Positions 10,005 through 19,421 of a stretch of DNA of 64,000 nt are shown piece by piece (position 1 is the first letter of the stretch; every line of letters begins with the position of its first letter). The DNA comes from Armatimonadota bacterium. GTDB lineage: Bacteria; Armatimonadota; UBA5829; DSUL01. Location of the stretch: the NCBI GenBank assembly GCA_039811685.1, contig JBDHZC010000001.1, forward strand, positions 160,001 through 224,000, given 5' to 3'. The notes below the pieces were generated by a model. The model did not search any database and had not been told where the DNA came from. It worked only from the letters and a program-made list of their open reading frames with translations. A program made the position numbers and the translations under genes.

Positions 10005-11431
10005 AGGCGCAAACGGCGATGATTGTCGCGGCCCTGCTGGCAATGCCCGCGGTCGGCCTCTCAAGCACTGTCGGCGAGGCGAAGCTGGAGGCCGACGCCG
10101 CCAGTGTGTTTATCGATCAGGCTATTGTAACCGCGGTGGGCGACGGATTTGCTTACGCATCGGATACGGGTCGAGCGAGCGGAATCCGTTTGTCGGGGGA
10201 ATCGCTGCCCCCTGCCGGATCGCTTGTCGAGATTTCCGGTGAGATTTCAACGACTTCCGGTGGCGAGCGGGTGATTGAAGTCCTGGATTTTCAGACCCTT
10301 GGCTCCTCCACCACTAATCCGCTTCTATGCGCGACGGAAAAAGCCGGTGGAGGGGACCTGGCATTTGATGAGCTTACTGGAGCCGGACAGCGCGGGATAA
10401 CCGGCGGAACGGGTGTGAATACGGTCGGGCAGCTTCTGACCGTCACGGGCCGCCTGAGCGCCATCAGTCCGGACCACGAGAGCATCTGGCTGGATGATGG
10501 GTCCGGGCCTGCGCCCTCTGGGCTTCGCGTGAGCCTTCCAGAGCCAATGGAGATGGAACTGGGCGCATGGGTCAAGGCAACCGGCCCGTGTGGACTCTAC
10601 AACGAGGGCGGTCAGTGGCTTGCGGTTATTCAGGCCGTGAGCGTCGCAGACGTTGTTCCACTCGTCTCGAACATCCCGATGGTAGCAGTTTCGGCTGGCC
10701 CGTTCACTATGGGAAACAGCGGCCTGGGAATAGATGACTACGAAGGCGCGGCTCGCGAATACCCGGCGCACACCGTTTATGTACCGGCCTTCTGGATATC
10801 AAGAACTGAAGTGACTCGCGCGCAATATCGTAGCTTCATTGAGGCCGGTGGCTACAACAATCCTTCACTCTGGTCGCCGGAGGGATGGGCGTGGAAAGTG
10901 AGCAACAACCGCGGGAGTCCTGATTACTGGTCTGCGGAGCAGAGCTGGGAGATTCCGCCGGGAGCTTTCACGCAGTCGGACGATTATCCCGTGGTGGGTG
11001 TCACCTACTACGAAGCGGAGGCTTTCGCCAAATGGGCGGGCGCCCGCCTTCCTTTGGAGGCAGAGTGGGAGAAAGCGGCGCGCTGGGACGGCCATAGCCG
11101 GGTGTATCCATGGGGCGATATCCCAAATGACGATCTGTGCAACAACTGGTTTGACACAGTGACAACGGGTTTCCAGACCTCTGCAGTAGGTAGCTATCTG
11201 GGCGGGACCAGTCCGGTGGGTTGCGTGGATATGGCTGGAAACGTGTGGGAGTGGACGTCGTCCTGGTACACGTCGTATCCGAATGCGAGCCGGGCTTTCG
11301 ATTACACGGGGCAACGTCGCGTGCTCAAGGGTGGGAGCTGGTACGGGATGTACGGCACTCGCTGCGCTGCGCGGTTCTTTGCATCGCCTGACGCTGGTGA
11401 AAATGATGTAGGTTTCCGCATCGCCCGATAA
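10001..11431 (+). CDS. FGE-sulfatase (SUMF1/EgtB/PvdO)-fold protein with N-terminal tandem OB-like module
   Basis: RLPLEAEWEKAAR, YPWG, DMAGNVWEW, KGGSW and GFR motifs; ATGA overlap with the upstream gene; lacks the FGE catalytic Cys pair. Confidence 0.88.
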   Translation: MKAQTAMIVAALLAMPAVGLSSTVGEAKLEADAASVFIDQAIVTAVGDGFAYASDTGRASGIRLSGESLPPAGSLVEISGEISTTSGGERVIEVLDFQTLGSSTTNPLLCATEKAGGGDLAFDELTGAGQRGITGGTGVNTVGQLLTVTGRLSAISPDHESIWLDDGSGPAPSGLRVSLPEPMEMELGAWVKATGPCGLYNEGGQWLAVIQAVSVADVVPLVSNIPMVAVSAGPFTMGNSGLGIDDYEGAAREYPAHTVYVPAFWISRTEVTRAQYRSFIEAGGYNNPSLWSPEGWAWKVSNNRGSPDYWSAEQSWEIPPGAFTQSDDYPVVGVTYYEAEAFAKWAGARLPLEAEWEKAARWDGHSRVYPWGDIPNDDLCNNWFDTVTTGFQTSAVGSYLGGTSPVGCVDMAGNVWEWTSSWYTSYPNASRAFDYTGQRRVLKGGSWYGMYGTRCAARFFASPDAGENDVGFRIAR

Positions 11432-11522
11432 ATGGCCTGAACGTTTGTTTGGCTCAGTCGCTGGCTTGGGATTGCACAACGTGTTTACCGCAAGCCACAG
11501 GATCAGGTGAAAGGAGAAGTCA

Positions 11523-12272
11523 ATGAAACCTGATGTGAGATTTGTCGCGCTGCTGACGGGCGTGGCTGCTTTGATGGGATCACCGGCTCTGGGTGCTCCC
11601 ATGATTTTGAATGAGTACAACGCGGTGAAGGATGCTAACTTCCTCAAGAACAGCGCGTCTGACCCGTATTTTGGACAGGTTGCTGGAAACGGTGGAGACT
11701 GGATGGAGCTGGTCGTCATCTCAGACATGCTGGATGTTCGGGGCTGGCAGATCGAGACCAACCAGGCCGGCTCCCTTGACGCCCTGATCACGCTGCCATC
11801 GGATCCAGTGTTTGCGGCTCTTCGCAGCGGCACAATTCTGACGATTGCGGAGCTTGTCCCAACCGACCTATCCTACAATCCAGCCGCAAATGACTGGTGG
11901 ATCAACTATCAGGCCAGCTTCTCAGCGGGAGACAGTACCCACTCCAACTTCCAGGTAACGATTCGGGATGCATCCAGTCAGGTCGTATTTGGGCCGGCAG
12001 GTGAGGGAATTAATCCTGCAAGCGGAATTGGTAGCGATGAAGTCTTCAAACTTGAAGAGAACCCGAGCGCACTGATTACGCCGCTTTCGAACTACAACGA
12101 CGGCTCCTCCAGCACGTTCGGCGCTCCAAATGTGTGGAGCAAGGGGACTATAACGCAGGACTTCAGTGCTTTGAGAAGCGTCGTGCCCGAGCCGGCATCC
12201 TTACTGGTTCTGGCGGGTGGTCTTATCGGACTGGCTCGCAAAGCGCGCCGCACTGGCCGCCATCGCGCCTAG
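11523..12272 (+). CDS. PEP-CTERM protein with lamin-tail-like domain
   Basis: Signal peptide, ILNEYNA..DWMELV, C-terminal VPEPASLLVLAGGLIGLARKARR. Confidence 0.88.
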   Translation: MKPDVRFVALLTGVAALMGSPALGAPMILNEYNAVKDANFLKNSASDPYFGQVAGNGGDWMELVVISDMLDVRGWQIETNQAGSLDALITLPSDPVFAALRSGTILTIAELVPTDLSYNPAANDWWINYQASFSAGDSTHSNFQVTIRDASSQVVFGPAGEGINPASGIGSDEVFKLEENPSALITPLSNYNDGSSSTFGAPNVWSKGTITQDFSALRSVVPEPASLLVLAGGLIGLARKARRTGRHRA

Positions 12273-12305
12273 TATCGTCTCGCTCAGCTTGAGTGCACTA
12301 CTGTA

Positions 12306-12354
12306 ACAAAGTGGCGGCCCGGCCCTTACCCTGGGATGCGGGCCGCCACTTTGT
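12306..12354. terminator. Bidirectional intrinsic terminator
   Basis: Perfect 16-bp inverted repeat ACAAAGTGGCGGCCCG/CGGGCCGCCACTTTGT between convergent genes. Confidence 0.75.
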
Positions 12355-12357
12355 GTC

Positions 12358-12900
12358 TTACGCTATCTGTCCAGCAAGCTCTGAAGCCTGGTCTTTTACC
12401 CCCAGACTCACAACGTGCTCGAGATTTCCGGATTCCACGTGATAGATGAGCCCGTGAACAGGAATCTCCTTCGGAATGAACGGGTTGCTGTGGATTTTAT
12501 CCACCTGCGTCCGTAAGCTTGCCTTCAGATCAGAAAACGGCAGGAAATCAAAGCCCGATGCGTCGGTGCCCGTATCTGCCGTCAGCTTGTCCTGAAGATC
12601 GCTGTTCTGGAATGAGAGCATCCCACACCCGGTGTGCTCCACCACAAAGAACTCTCGCGTCCCAAGCAGCTTGTAGCTGATGATGAGTGAGCGGATGGCG
12701 TCTTCAGTTGCCAGACCGCCTGCGTTGCGAATAAGGTGTGCTTCACCGGTTTTCAGACCAAAGGCCTCGTAGAGATTCAATCGCGCGTCCATGCAGGCGA
12801 CGATGGCGATATTGCGAGAAGGTGGCACATCCAGATGGCGCCACGGAAAACTCTGCTGATACTGCTGATTGGCTGTGCGTATCTCGTCAAGTTTTGACAT
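12358..12900 (-). CDS. Beta-class carbonic anhydrase (clade D / Rv1284-like)
   Basis: CMDARL, IRNAGG and HTGCGM zinc-ligand motifs. Confidence 0.92.
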   Translation of the reverse strand: MSKLDEIRTANQQYQQSFPWRHLDVPPSRNIAIVACMDARLNLYEAFGLKTGEAHLIRNAGGLATEDAIRSLIISYKLLGTREFFVVEHTGCGMLSFQNSDLQDKLTADTGTDASGFDFLPFSDLKASLRTQVDKIHSNPFIPKEIPVHGLIYHVESGNLEHVVSLGVKDQASELAGQIA

Positions 12901-12959
12901 TTGTTGATCCTTTCATGCCGTGCCTCAAACGCCGCTTGTGCGACCTGGCAGTCGCAGAG

Positions 12960-12992
12960 ACTATAACATATCCGACTAAATCAGTCAATAAT
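12960..12992 (-). promoter_or_regulatory. sigma70 promoter overlapped by an Rrf2 (IscR type-1-like) operator
   Basis: Minus strand TTGACT-N17-TATAGT; ATATCCGACTAAATCAGTCAATAAT at 12968-12992 resembles ATASYYGACTRWWWYAGTCRRSTAT. Confidence 0.6.
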
Positions 12993-13240
12993 ATAGAATA
13001 TTCTTTTTCGCGCTGACGCGATCGCCAGCAGGGCAGACGCGCCGGAATGAGACACGGCAGAAGGGCGCTGCGCGTTGTTATGGATTATCTCTGGTTGATC
13101 TCCTGCTTTGCCGCCCTCAAGCCCTCTTCACGCCAGGCAGGTTCGGACGACAGCTACGAGCGGCAAAAGGGAGCGAGTCAGATCGCGTAGAATCTGTCTC
13201 TGTGCTGCAGCTATGTTGTTGGTAGGAGGACTTTGGGTGT

Positions 13241-14335
13241 ATGCGCATGACAGCGCTTCTGGTTGTATTTCTGGCGGGGTTGATCTCGGTCTGTGTGATG
13301 GCCGAAGAGACCACCTACACGTGGAAGGATGCCCGCGCTTTGACGCTTGAGGGGCAGGGCTGGTCAAACATTCAGGATCCTTACCGCCGCTTACCAGAGA
13401 AGGCAGAGAAAATCGTCGTTGAGAAAGTCTGGGGACTTTCATCCAATTCGGCTGGTCTGGCTGTCCGGTTTCTAACAAACGCCACAAGCATCAAAGCTCG
13501 ATGGAGCCTGATCAGTCCGGCGCTGGCCATGGTTCATATGCCAGGCACCGGCATGAGTGGGTTGGACCTGTACGCGCGCCAGGGAAAGCAGTGGAGATGG
13601 GCGGGGCAGGGTTCCCCCACCGGCCAGAACTCTGAAGCTACGCTGGTGACGGGTCTGCAACCCGAGATGCGTGAGTATATTCTCTATTTTCCGCTGTATA
13701 ACGGAGTCACTTCGGTTGAGATTGGCATTCCAGAGGGCAGCGAGCTGATCCAGGCGGCTGCGCGTCCTCGCGGTACAAAGCCGCTTGTCTTCTATGGAAC
13801 CTCCATAACTCAGGGCGGGTGCGCGAGTCGTCCCGGGATGGCTTATCCGGCCATTATCGGGCGCCGACTGGACTTACCGGCCATCAACCTCGGATTTTCT
13901 GGCGCTGGCCGGGCTGAGCCCGAGGTGGCTGAACTTCTAGCCGAGCTGGATCCCTCTGTCTTCATCATTGATCCGCTGCCGAATATGCATGCCGTTGCAG
14001 TAGAAGAGCGCCTCAGCTATCTCTTGAAGACTCTCCACAGCGCGCGTCCGGACACGCCTGTTGTACTGGTGCAGTCAGCCGGCAGCCAGCGCGCCTGGAT
14101 TCAGAAAGGCAACAACAGCGATCAGGCGATCAACGCAGCGATGCAAAAAGTCTACAACGCTGCGAAGAGCCAGTGGGGAGATTTGTTGTCTATGGTCAAA
14201 GCTGAGGGGATGGTGGGCAATGAGGGCACAGTGGACGGTGTACATCCGACGGATCTGGGATTTGTGTCCATTGCCGACCGGCTGACGCCTGCGGTGCGCT
14301 CTGCTCTACAAAAGAGGCCTCGCTCCAGCTTTTAA
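13241..14335 (+). CDS. Secreted SGNH/GDSL hydrolase with N-terminal GxDLY domain
   Basis: SGLDLY, YGTSITQG, NLGFSG, DGVHP. Confidence 0.9.
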   Translation: MRMTALLVVFLAGLISVCVMAEETTYTWKDARALTLEGQGWSNIQDPYRRLPEKAEKIVVEKVWGLSSNSAGLAVRFLTNATSIKARWSLISPALAMVHMPGTGMSGLDLYARQGKQWRWAGQGSPTGQNSEATLVTGLQPEMREYILYFPLYNGVTSVEIGIPEGSELIQAAARPRGTKPLVFYGTSITQGGCASRPGMAYPAIIGRRLDLPAINLGFSGAGRAEPEVAELLAELDPSVFIIDPLPNMHAVAVEERLSYLLKTLHSARPDTPVVLVQSAGSQRAWIQKGNNSDQAINAAMQKVYNAAKSQWGDLLSMVKAEGMVGNEGTVDGVHPTDLGFVSIADRLTPAVRSALQKRPRSSF

Positions 14336-14394
14336 GAAGGGTAGAGACATCCGGAGTCGTCCCTCCAGCAGACTCCTGCCGCTGAGCGGAGTAG

Positions 14395-15141
14395 TCAGTC
14401 CGGCATCGGATCGTACCAGTCAACTTGCGGCTTCGCGCCTGGTACTTGCCGCCATGTGTCACCGAAATTGTGACGCGCCGCATGGCCATCTGCGAACACA
14501 TAATTTGCGCCGGTCTTGTGCATTCGGATTGCCACTGTTTTGGGTTCGGCGCGCCCAGAGTCCCACTGACTCGCCTGTATCATCATATTGGGCACCTTCG
14601 GAGGCATTCCCCAGAACATGGGCATGAAATGGTCCCGCGCGATGTTGAGAGTCAACTCTGCGGCTACGATGCAGTGCGTCGGGTCCTGAATAGCTGAGGA
14701 CTTCATCCCCCAGTAGGGCGGGTGGTTGGGAGTGAGATAGCCGTTGATACCGTACGTCGTACGACGCCTCGACATCGGATCAGCAGCGTCCCAAAGCGCG
14801 CTTCCGTCACTTGGACAGCGATGGAGAAGACCCGCGCTCCCGTACCTCGCGACATCGTCGAGCCACGTCCGGTCGCTGTGCATCGCGCCAGCCATCATCA
14901 TGTGCGCAAAAGGATAGCGCTGGTCGTTATCACCTGAATACATGGACAGTGCCATGCCGATCTGTCGGCAGTTAGACAGGCAACTGGCAGATCGCGCATT
15001 CTCTCTGGCCCTGGCGAACGCCGGAAAGAGAATCGCCGCTAATACAGCGATGATCGCGATGACAACGAGCAATTCGACCAGCGTAAAGCCACTCTCCGCC
15101 GGCTCTTTCTGACTCTGCCGCAAAGTGCTTTCCCTCCACAT
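14395..15141 (-). CDS. Prepilin-type N-terminal cleavage/methylation protein (DUF1559 / H-X9-DG type)
   Basis: [28 protein letters not shown]-terminal [14 protein letters not shown]; start placed at ATG 15141. Confidence 0.88.
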   Translation of the reverse strand: MWRESTLRQSQKEPAESGFTLVELLVVIAIIAVLAAILFPAFARARENARSASCLSNCRQIGMALSMYSGDNDQRYPFAHMMMAGAMHSDRTWLDDVARYGSAGLLHRCPSDGSALWDAADPMSRRRTTYGINGYLTPNHPPYWGMKSSAIQDPTHCIVAAELTLNIARDHFMPMFWGMPPKVPNMMIQASQWDSGRAEPKTVAIRMHKTGANYVFADGHAARHNFGDTWRQVPGAKPQVDWYDPMPD

Positions 15142-15384
15142 CCAAACGGCAAGTGGGCCGCTTCTGTGTTTCCTCTTGTGTAGAATACGCGATATCACTT
15201 CAACATGCAACACGACTGCAACAAATATTGCAGAGATTTTCCACAATCCTTCTACGGGCCTATGACTAGCCTCGCCCATGGGCGAAGACACGGTCGTTGT
15301 CGACCCGAGGCTACCGGCCTACGTGGCTGTCAAAATCGGCTATCATGCCCGTAGGCATCAATCGCAAGGAGAGAAGGCTGAGTA

Positions 15385-16440
15385 TTGAAGATTGACCGCT
15401 ATCCAGAGAATCCTCTGATTACCCCGGGAGACGTGCCGCCGTCTCGTGATGACTTTCAGGTTTTGGGCGCGTTCAACGCCGGTGTGACGCGCTACAATGG
15501 CGAAACGCTGATGCTGATGCGGGTCGCAGAGCAGCCGGTATGTGATGACCCCGCCATTTGCCGGGTGCCGTTGCTGGAGACTGAGGGCGACACTTCGCAG
15601 ATGGTGATTCGGGAGTTCAGGCGAGATGATCCGGACATCAACTTCTCTGACCCGCGCGTTGTCAGCTTTCCTGACCACCTTTTGCTGACGTCTATCTCAC
15701 ACCTGCGTCTTGCGCGCAGCCGAGACGGCCGCAACTTTACGGTGGACCCGGTTCCCGCACTTGAGCCTGACCGGCCGAGTGAAGCCTTTGGCCTCGAAGA
15801 CCCCAGGATCACTCAGATCGACGATACGTACTACATTGTCTACAAAGCGGTTTCGGACAACGGTATCTGCCAGGCGCTTGCGACAACAAAGGATTTCGTA
15901 AACTACGACAAGCATGGGGTCATTCTCTGTCCTGAGAATATGGATTCGATGCTTTTTCCAGCACGCATCGGCGGAAATTACGCCATTCTTCACCGTCCGG
16001 TGGGGAGTATGATCGGCGGGCCTATGATGTATGTCGGCTATGGAACAGATCCAATGCATTTTGGAGAGCATCATTTCCTGCTGGGTAAGAGCAGTGGCGG
16101 ATGGGACAGCGGACGAGTTGGTGGCGGCGCTGTTCCGTTTCTGACAGACCGCGGATGGTTGGAGCTATATCACGCTGCAACACCAGACGACCATTACTGT
16201 CTGGGAGCGATGCTGTTGGATGCAGAAGAACCGCATAGAATGCTGGCCAAGACTCCAGCTCCAATCATGAAGCCAGAAGCGTCTTATGAGGTTCAGGGCT
16301 TCAAGGCGAACGTCGTCTTCACCTGTGGGGCCATTGTGGAGGGCGAGCGGGTAAGCGTCTATTACGGCGCCGCAGATGAAGTTATGGCCGGAGCGGACCT
16401 TTGCCTGTCTGAGATTCTTGAGGCGCTAGAGCCGGCCTAA
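15385..16440 (+). CDS. Glycoside hydrolase family 130 (beta-mannoside phosphorylase-like)
   Basis: NPLITP, FNAGV, EDPRIT, HRP, GWLELYH, NVVFTCG, YYGAAD. Confidence 0.9.
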   Translation: MKIDRYPENPLITPGDVPPSRDDFQVLGAFNAGVTRYNGETLMLMRVAEQPVCDDPAICRVPLLETEGDTSQMVIREFRRDDPDINFSDPRVVSFPDHLLLTSISHLRLARSRDGRNFTVDPVPALEPDRPSEAFGLEDPRITQIDDTYYIVYKAVSDNGICQALATTKDFVNYDKHGVILCPENMDSMLFPARIGGNYAILHRPVGSMIGGPMMYVGYGTDPMHFGEHHFLLGKSSGGWDSGRVGGGAVPFLTDRGWLELYHAATPDDHYCLGAMLLDAEEPHRMLAKTPAPIMKPEASYEVQGFKANVVFTCGAIVEGERVSVYYGAADEVMAGADLCLSEILEALEPA

Positions 16441-16473
16441 CCGCGAAGCGCGACGTCGTTTGCCGCTTGATGT

Positions 16474-16502
16474 AAAAAGAGAGCGCGACTGCTCGCGCTC
16501 TC
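16474..16502 (-). terminator. Intrinsic terminator
   Basis: Minus strand GAGAGCGCGA-GCAG-TCGCGCTCTC-TTTTT. Confidence 0.75.
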
Positions 16503-16539
16503 CACAGCTTTCACAGCACTCTGACCGATGTTGGCAGGC

Positions 16540-16634
16540 CTACCTCGGGTCGAAACCCGACTACCTCGGGTCGAAACCCGACTACCTCGGGTCGAAACCC
16601 GACTACCTCGGGTCGAAACCCGACTACCTCGGGT
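16540..16634. repeat. Tandem array of 4.5 identical 21-bp palindromic units (GTAG-type REP-like)
   Basis: CTACCTCGGGTCGAAACCCGA x4 plus CTACCTCGGGT; the minus strand reads GTAG-TCGGGT-TTCG-ACCCGA-G. Confidence 0.95.
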
Positions 16635-16654
16635 TAAAAGAAGAAATCATCTGC

Positions 16655-17419
16655 TCAGTAGTACTCAGCCATATATCGCGCGTCATCAGCATGGCAATTT
16701 GGGAAATCCCAGTGGTCGTACTTGTACTTGCCAGCAGCACCCGCCGCTCGTGAGTCCTGGAAAGTCGCGTTGTAGGGTTTCACATTGAGCGCCAGGTGCC
16801 CGTCCGCCATCACCATCACCATGACCCAGTCGTTCTGGCCTGCGGCATTGCGCTCATAATGGTGCCGGCTGTGACGGTCGCTGACGATGTAGAAGCGATT
16901 CGGATAAGTGCACTGGTCAAACTTCTTGATCATATAGCGCTTGCCGGGAGCGTAGCTAAAATTGAGCTGCTCGTTGAACCGGTAGTCTACTTCGACGCGC
17001 CTTCCGTTCTGGTAACACAAGTTGCACGTGGGACCCGGGCATTGAAACACTTTCTGGCTCTTGATGTAAGATTCCAGGTCGCGGTAAGGACCATTTGTGG
17101 TCAGCCAGGCCGAATTGACACTGTTCACATTCGGGTTGCCGTTACCATAGAGGTCCACAACACGTGGCGCAAAGCCGTTGTGATCGTTGGTGTACATGAC
17201 CACAGCCTTCGCGATCTGCTGAAGGTTAGATCCGCACGTGATAGTCAGCCCGCGCCTTTTCGCATTCGCGAATACAGGGAAAAGAATCGCAGCCAGGATG
17301 GCAATGATGGCGATGACGACAAGCAACTCAATGAGCGTAAACCCCCGCCGATTGCGCTGTTTAATCTGTCCACCGCGCGTCTTGCCGCTGCGCATAAAGC
17401 ACGCCGTCTCAGCTTTCAC
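16655..17419 (-). CDS. Prepilin-type N-terminal cleavage/methylation protein (DUF1559-like)
   Basis: [35 protein letters not shown]; in-frame GTG 17419 follows RBS AAAGGAGG. Confidence 0.88.
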   Translation of the reverse strand: MKAETACFMRSGKTRGGQIKQRNRRGFTLIELLVVIAIIAILAAILFPVFANAKRRGLTITCGSNLQQIAKAVVMYTNDHNGFAPRVVDLYGNGNPNVNSVNSAWLTTNGPYRDLESYIKSQKVFQCPGPTCNLCYQNGRRVEVDYRFNEQLNFSYAPGKRYMIKKFDQCTYPNRFYIVSDRHSRHHYERNAAGQNDWVMVMVMADGHLALNVKPYNATFQDSRAAGAAGKYKYDHWDFPNCHADDARYMAEYY

Positions 17420-17501
17420 CGTCGTTTGCCTCCTTTGATGTGCGTGACCGATAACGCTGACACCCATGTCTATTGTGAATGGCTCTTCCGTAGCTGTCAA
17501 G

Positions 17502-19334
17502 TCAATCCAATACCTGAATATCATAACTTGACCGGACTTTCACTCGTCTCTGAATCTTTCCGCTGACGGTCGCAGTCGTGCTGATGCCTGTTACGCTCAC
17601 ACTCTTGCCAGGCGCCGGTGGAGTCCACGCAGTCAAGTCTGAGATATCAACGCGCAGTCCAGGATACCCGTAACCGTCTTTGAGAGCGCTTCCGTCGTCA
17701 ATGTACAGATAAAACGCTCCTACAATTGCCTTAACTTTCCCCCATGTTCGGATAAGCAACCCGATGTTGTTTAGACCAATTCCCGCCTGAACGCCGGGCG
17801 TAAAGGCGCCCGCGGCTTCCCCGCCCAGTCGCAAGTTCGCAAGTCCAAGAGGCTCCAACGGAGCGTGAGGGCCAATTGTCTCAACTGTCGCCGTGGACAT
17901 CTCCCGTTCTCCATTTACGGTGTTGAGAATCCCGGAAACGTTCACAACAGAGCCCACCGGCGGGCCTCCCGCGCGATTCACTTTTATTCCGCTCGACCGG
18001 TCTGTCTCCTCAATATAAAAGTAGCCGCCGAAGTTTGCCGTCACCACTTTGCTGAAGAGCATTGCTGTTGCGCCATTTGGGAGCAGTTTAGCCTCACCAA
18101 TTTTCGGCTCTGAGCCAGGAGGGCCGACCCACACAGAAACCGGTGGAGACTGTCCTGTTAACCGGTTGCTGGAAGCATCTGTCGCGATGGCGCTGATAAT
18201 ATGAATACCAGTACTGTAACCGCTCGTGTTCCAGCTAAACTCATAGGGTGCGACTGTATCTGTCCACACGAGCTGCCCATCGACTAGAAAATCGACCTTA
18301 TAGATGCCTGAGGACTCCCCAGGCGCACCGTCTGAGGCATCGGCCCTAACCAGCGCGCTCCCCTGCACGTGTGTACCGGACGACGGCGCAGTAATGGAGA
18401 CAGTTGGCGGCGTGAGATCGACTGGGTGAAGGTTCACTGTAGCGTAGACTGCGCGGTGGTCACTTCCGAAGTGAGGACTACGCGTTGGATTCGTCACAAA
18501 ACCTCCAGACTGTTTGGCGTAGGAGTCATGGTCCCACCAGATGTAGTCGAGACGCTTGCCGAACAAGTCCATCCACGTCTGCCCGTTGAACGAATTGTGC
18601 GTGCGTTGAGAGCTCGGATCACTGAACTCGAGGTTCATCTCGTTCCAGGTAGATGTGCCAGTGTCCGTATTCAGGTCCGTAGTAATCACGCGCGTGGTGC
18701 CCGGATACTGAGACATCCCGGGTGATCCCGGATCTCCATTGATAATCCACGCTTTGAGACGTACAGCTTCCTGGCGTCGCTCTTCTTCAGTGACTTCGTG
18801 CCCGTTGATGATTGCGCCGCCCCAGAGTAGCTTTCCTGAGAAGAGGCCGAGAGCTTCATTCGTCCCCTGCTTGCGGAACAGCCTGCCAGCGAACTTCAGG
18901 ACGTAGCCATTGTCAATCTGTTCGAGGATTTTTTCGCCCAGGTACCAGTTGGTCCGGCTTTCGACCATATCCGGACGCCAGAAAAAGCCGATGCCGCTGG
19001 CATTATTCACCCCCTGGCTGACACGAAAGCTGCTCCAGTCCACTCCCGTATACTGCTCCAGCAGATTTTCAATCGCTATCCGATCGCTTTCAGCTATCAA
19101 TTCCTGCATCCCGATCACAGAAATGGGTGGATTTGCGGAGCCTGGAGGATTGACACTGGCTACCCACTGCGCAAAGCGCTTTGCCGTGTCGCGTGTTACT
19201 GAAGATTTGTCCTGGTCCGTCCAACGACCGCCTTCGAAGATGTTGCACTGGCAGACGGTGAGAACATCAGAGCGCACATGAGTGCCAGCCAGCAGCAAAG
19301 CGACAAATAGTAGTACAGTCCAGGGGCGTAGCAT
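17502..19334 (-). CDS. Secreted endonuclease/exonuclease/phosphatase-fold protein with Ig-like domain and C-terminal tandem OB-like module
   Basis: CNI, GMQE, TDLN, RLDYIW and GSDHRAV (EEP fold); DLTPPTVSIT..DTVAPYEFSWNT (bacterial Ig-like). Confidence 0.8.
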   Translation of the reverse strand: MLRPWTVLLFVALLLAGTHVRSDVLTVCQCNIFEGGRWTDQDKSSVTRDTAKRFAQWVASVNPPGSANPPISVIGMQELIAESDRIAIENLLEQYTGVDWSSFRVSQGVNNASGIGFFWRPDMVESRTNWYLGEKILEQIDNGYVLKFAGRLFRKQGTNEALGLFSGKLLWGGAIINGHEVTEEERRQEAVRLKAWIINGDPGSPGMSQYPGTTRVITTDLNTDTGTSTWNEMNLEFSDPSSQRTHNSFNGQTWMDLFGKRLDYIWWDHDSYAKQSGGFVTNPTRSPHFGSDHRAVYATVNLHPVDLTPPTVSITAPSSGTHVQGSALVRADASDGAPGESSGIYKVDFLVDGQLVWTDTVAPYEFSWNTSGYSTGIHIISAIATDASSNRLTGQSPPVSVWVGPPGSEPKIGEAKLLPNGATAMLFSKVVTANFGGYFYIEETDRSSGIKVNRAGGPPVGSVVNVSGILNTVNGEREMSTATVETIGPHAPLEPLGLANLRLGGEAAGAFTPGVQAGIGLNNIGLLIRTWGKVKAIVGAFYLYIDDGSALKDGYGYPGLRVDISDLTAWTPPAPGKSVSVTGISTTATVSGKIQRRVKVRSSYDIQVLD

Positions 19335-19354
19335 AGTGAGTAAATCGTAGTAGT

Positions 19355-19389
19355 AAAAAGCGCCCGGGCCTCTACTGCAACCCGGGCGC
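19355..19389 (-). terminator. Intrinsic terminator/attenuator after the PEP-CTERM gene
   Basis: Minus strand GCGCCCGGG..CCCGGGCGC-TTTTT. Confidence 0.7.
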
Positions 19390-19421
19390 GACTTGGTAAT
19401 CAGTATGCTGCTAGATCAAGC

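Noticed and set aside
11300..11431. Diversity-generating retroelement variable region in the FGE-fold C-terminus
   Set aside because: No template repeat and no reverse transcriptase were seen in the window.
16540..16634. CRISPR array
   Set aside because: The units are head-to-tail with no spacers and only 21 bp long, and no cas genes are in the window.
16460..16788. ORFs with repeated peptides (YLGSKPD / LPRVETR)
   Set aside because: These are translations of the DNA tandem repeat; they cross a terminator and overlap the antisense prepilin gene.
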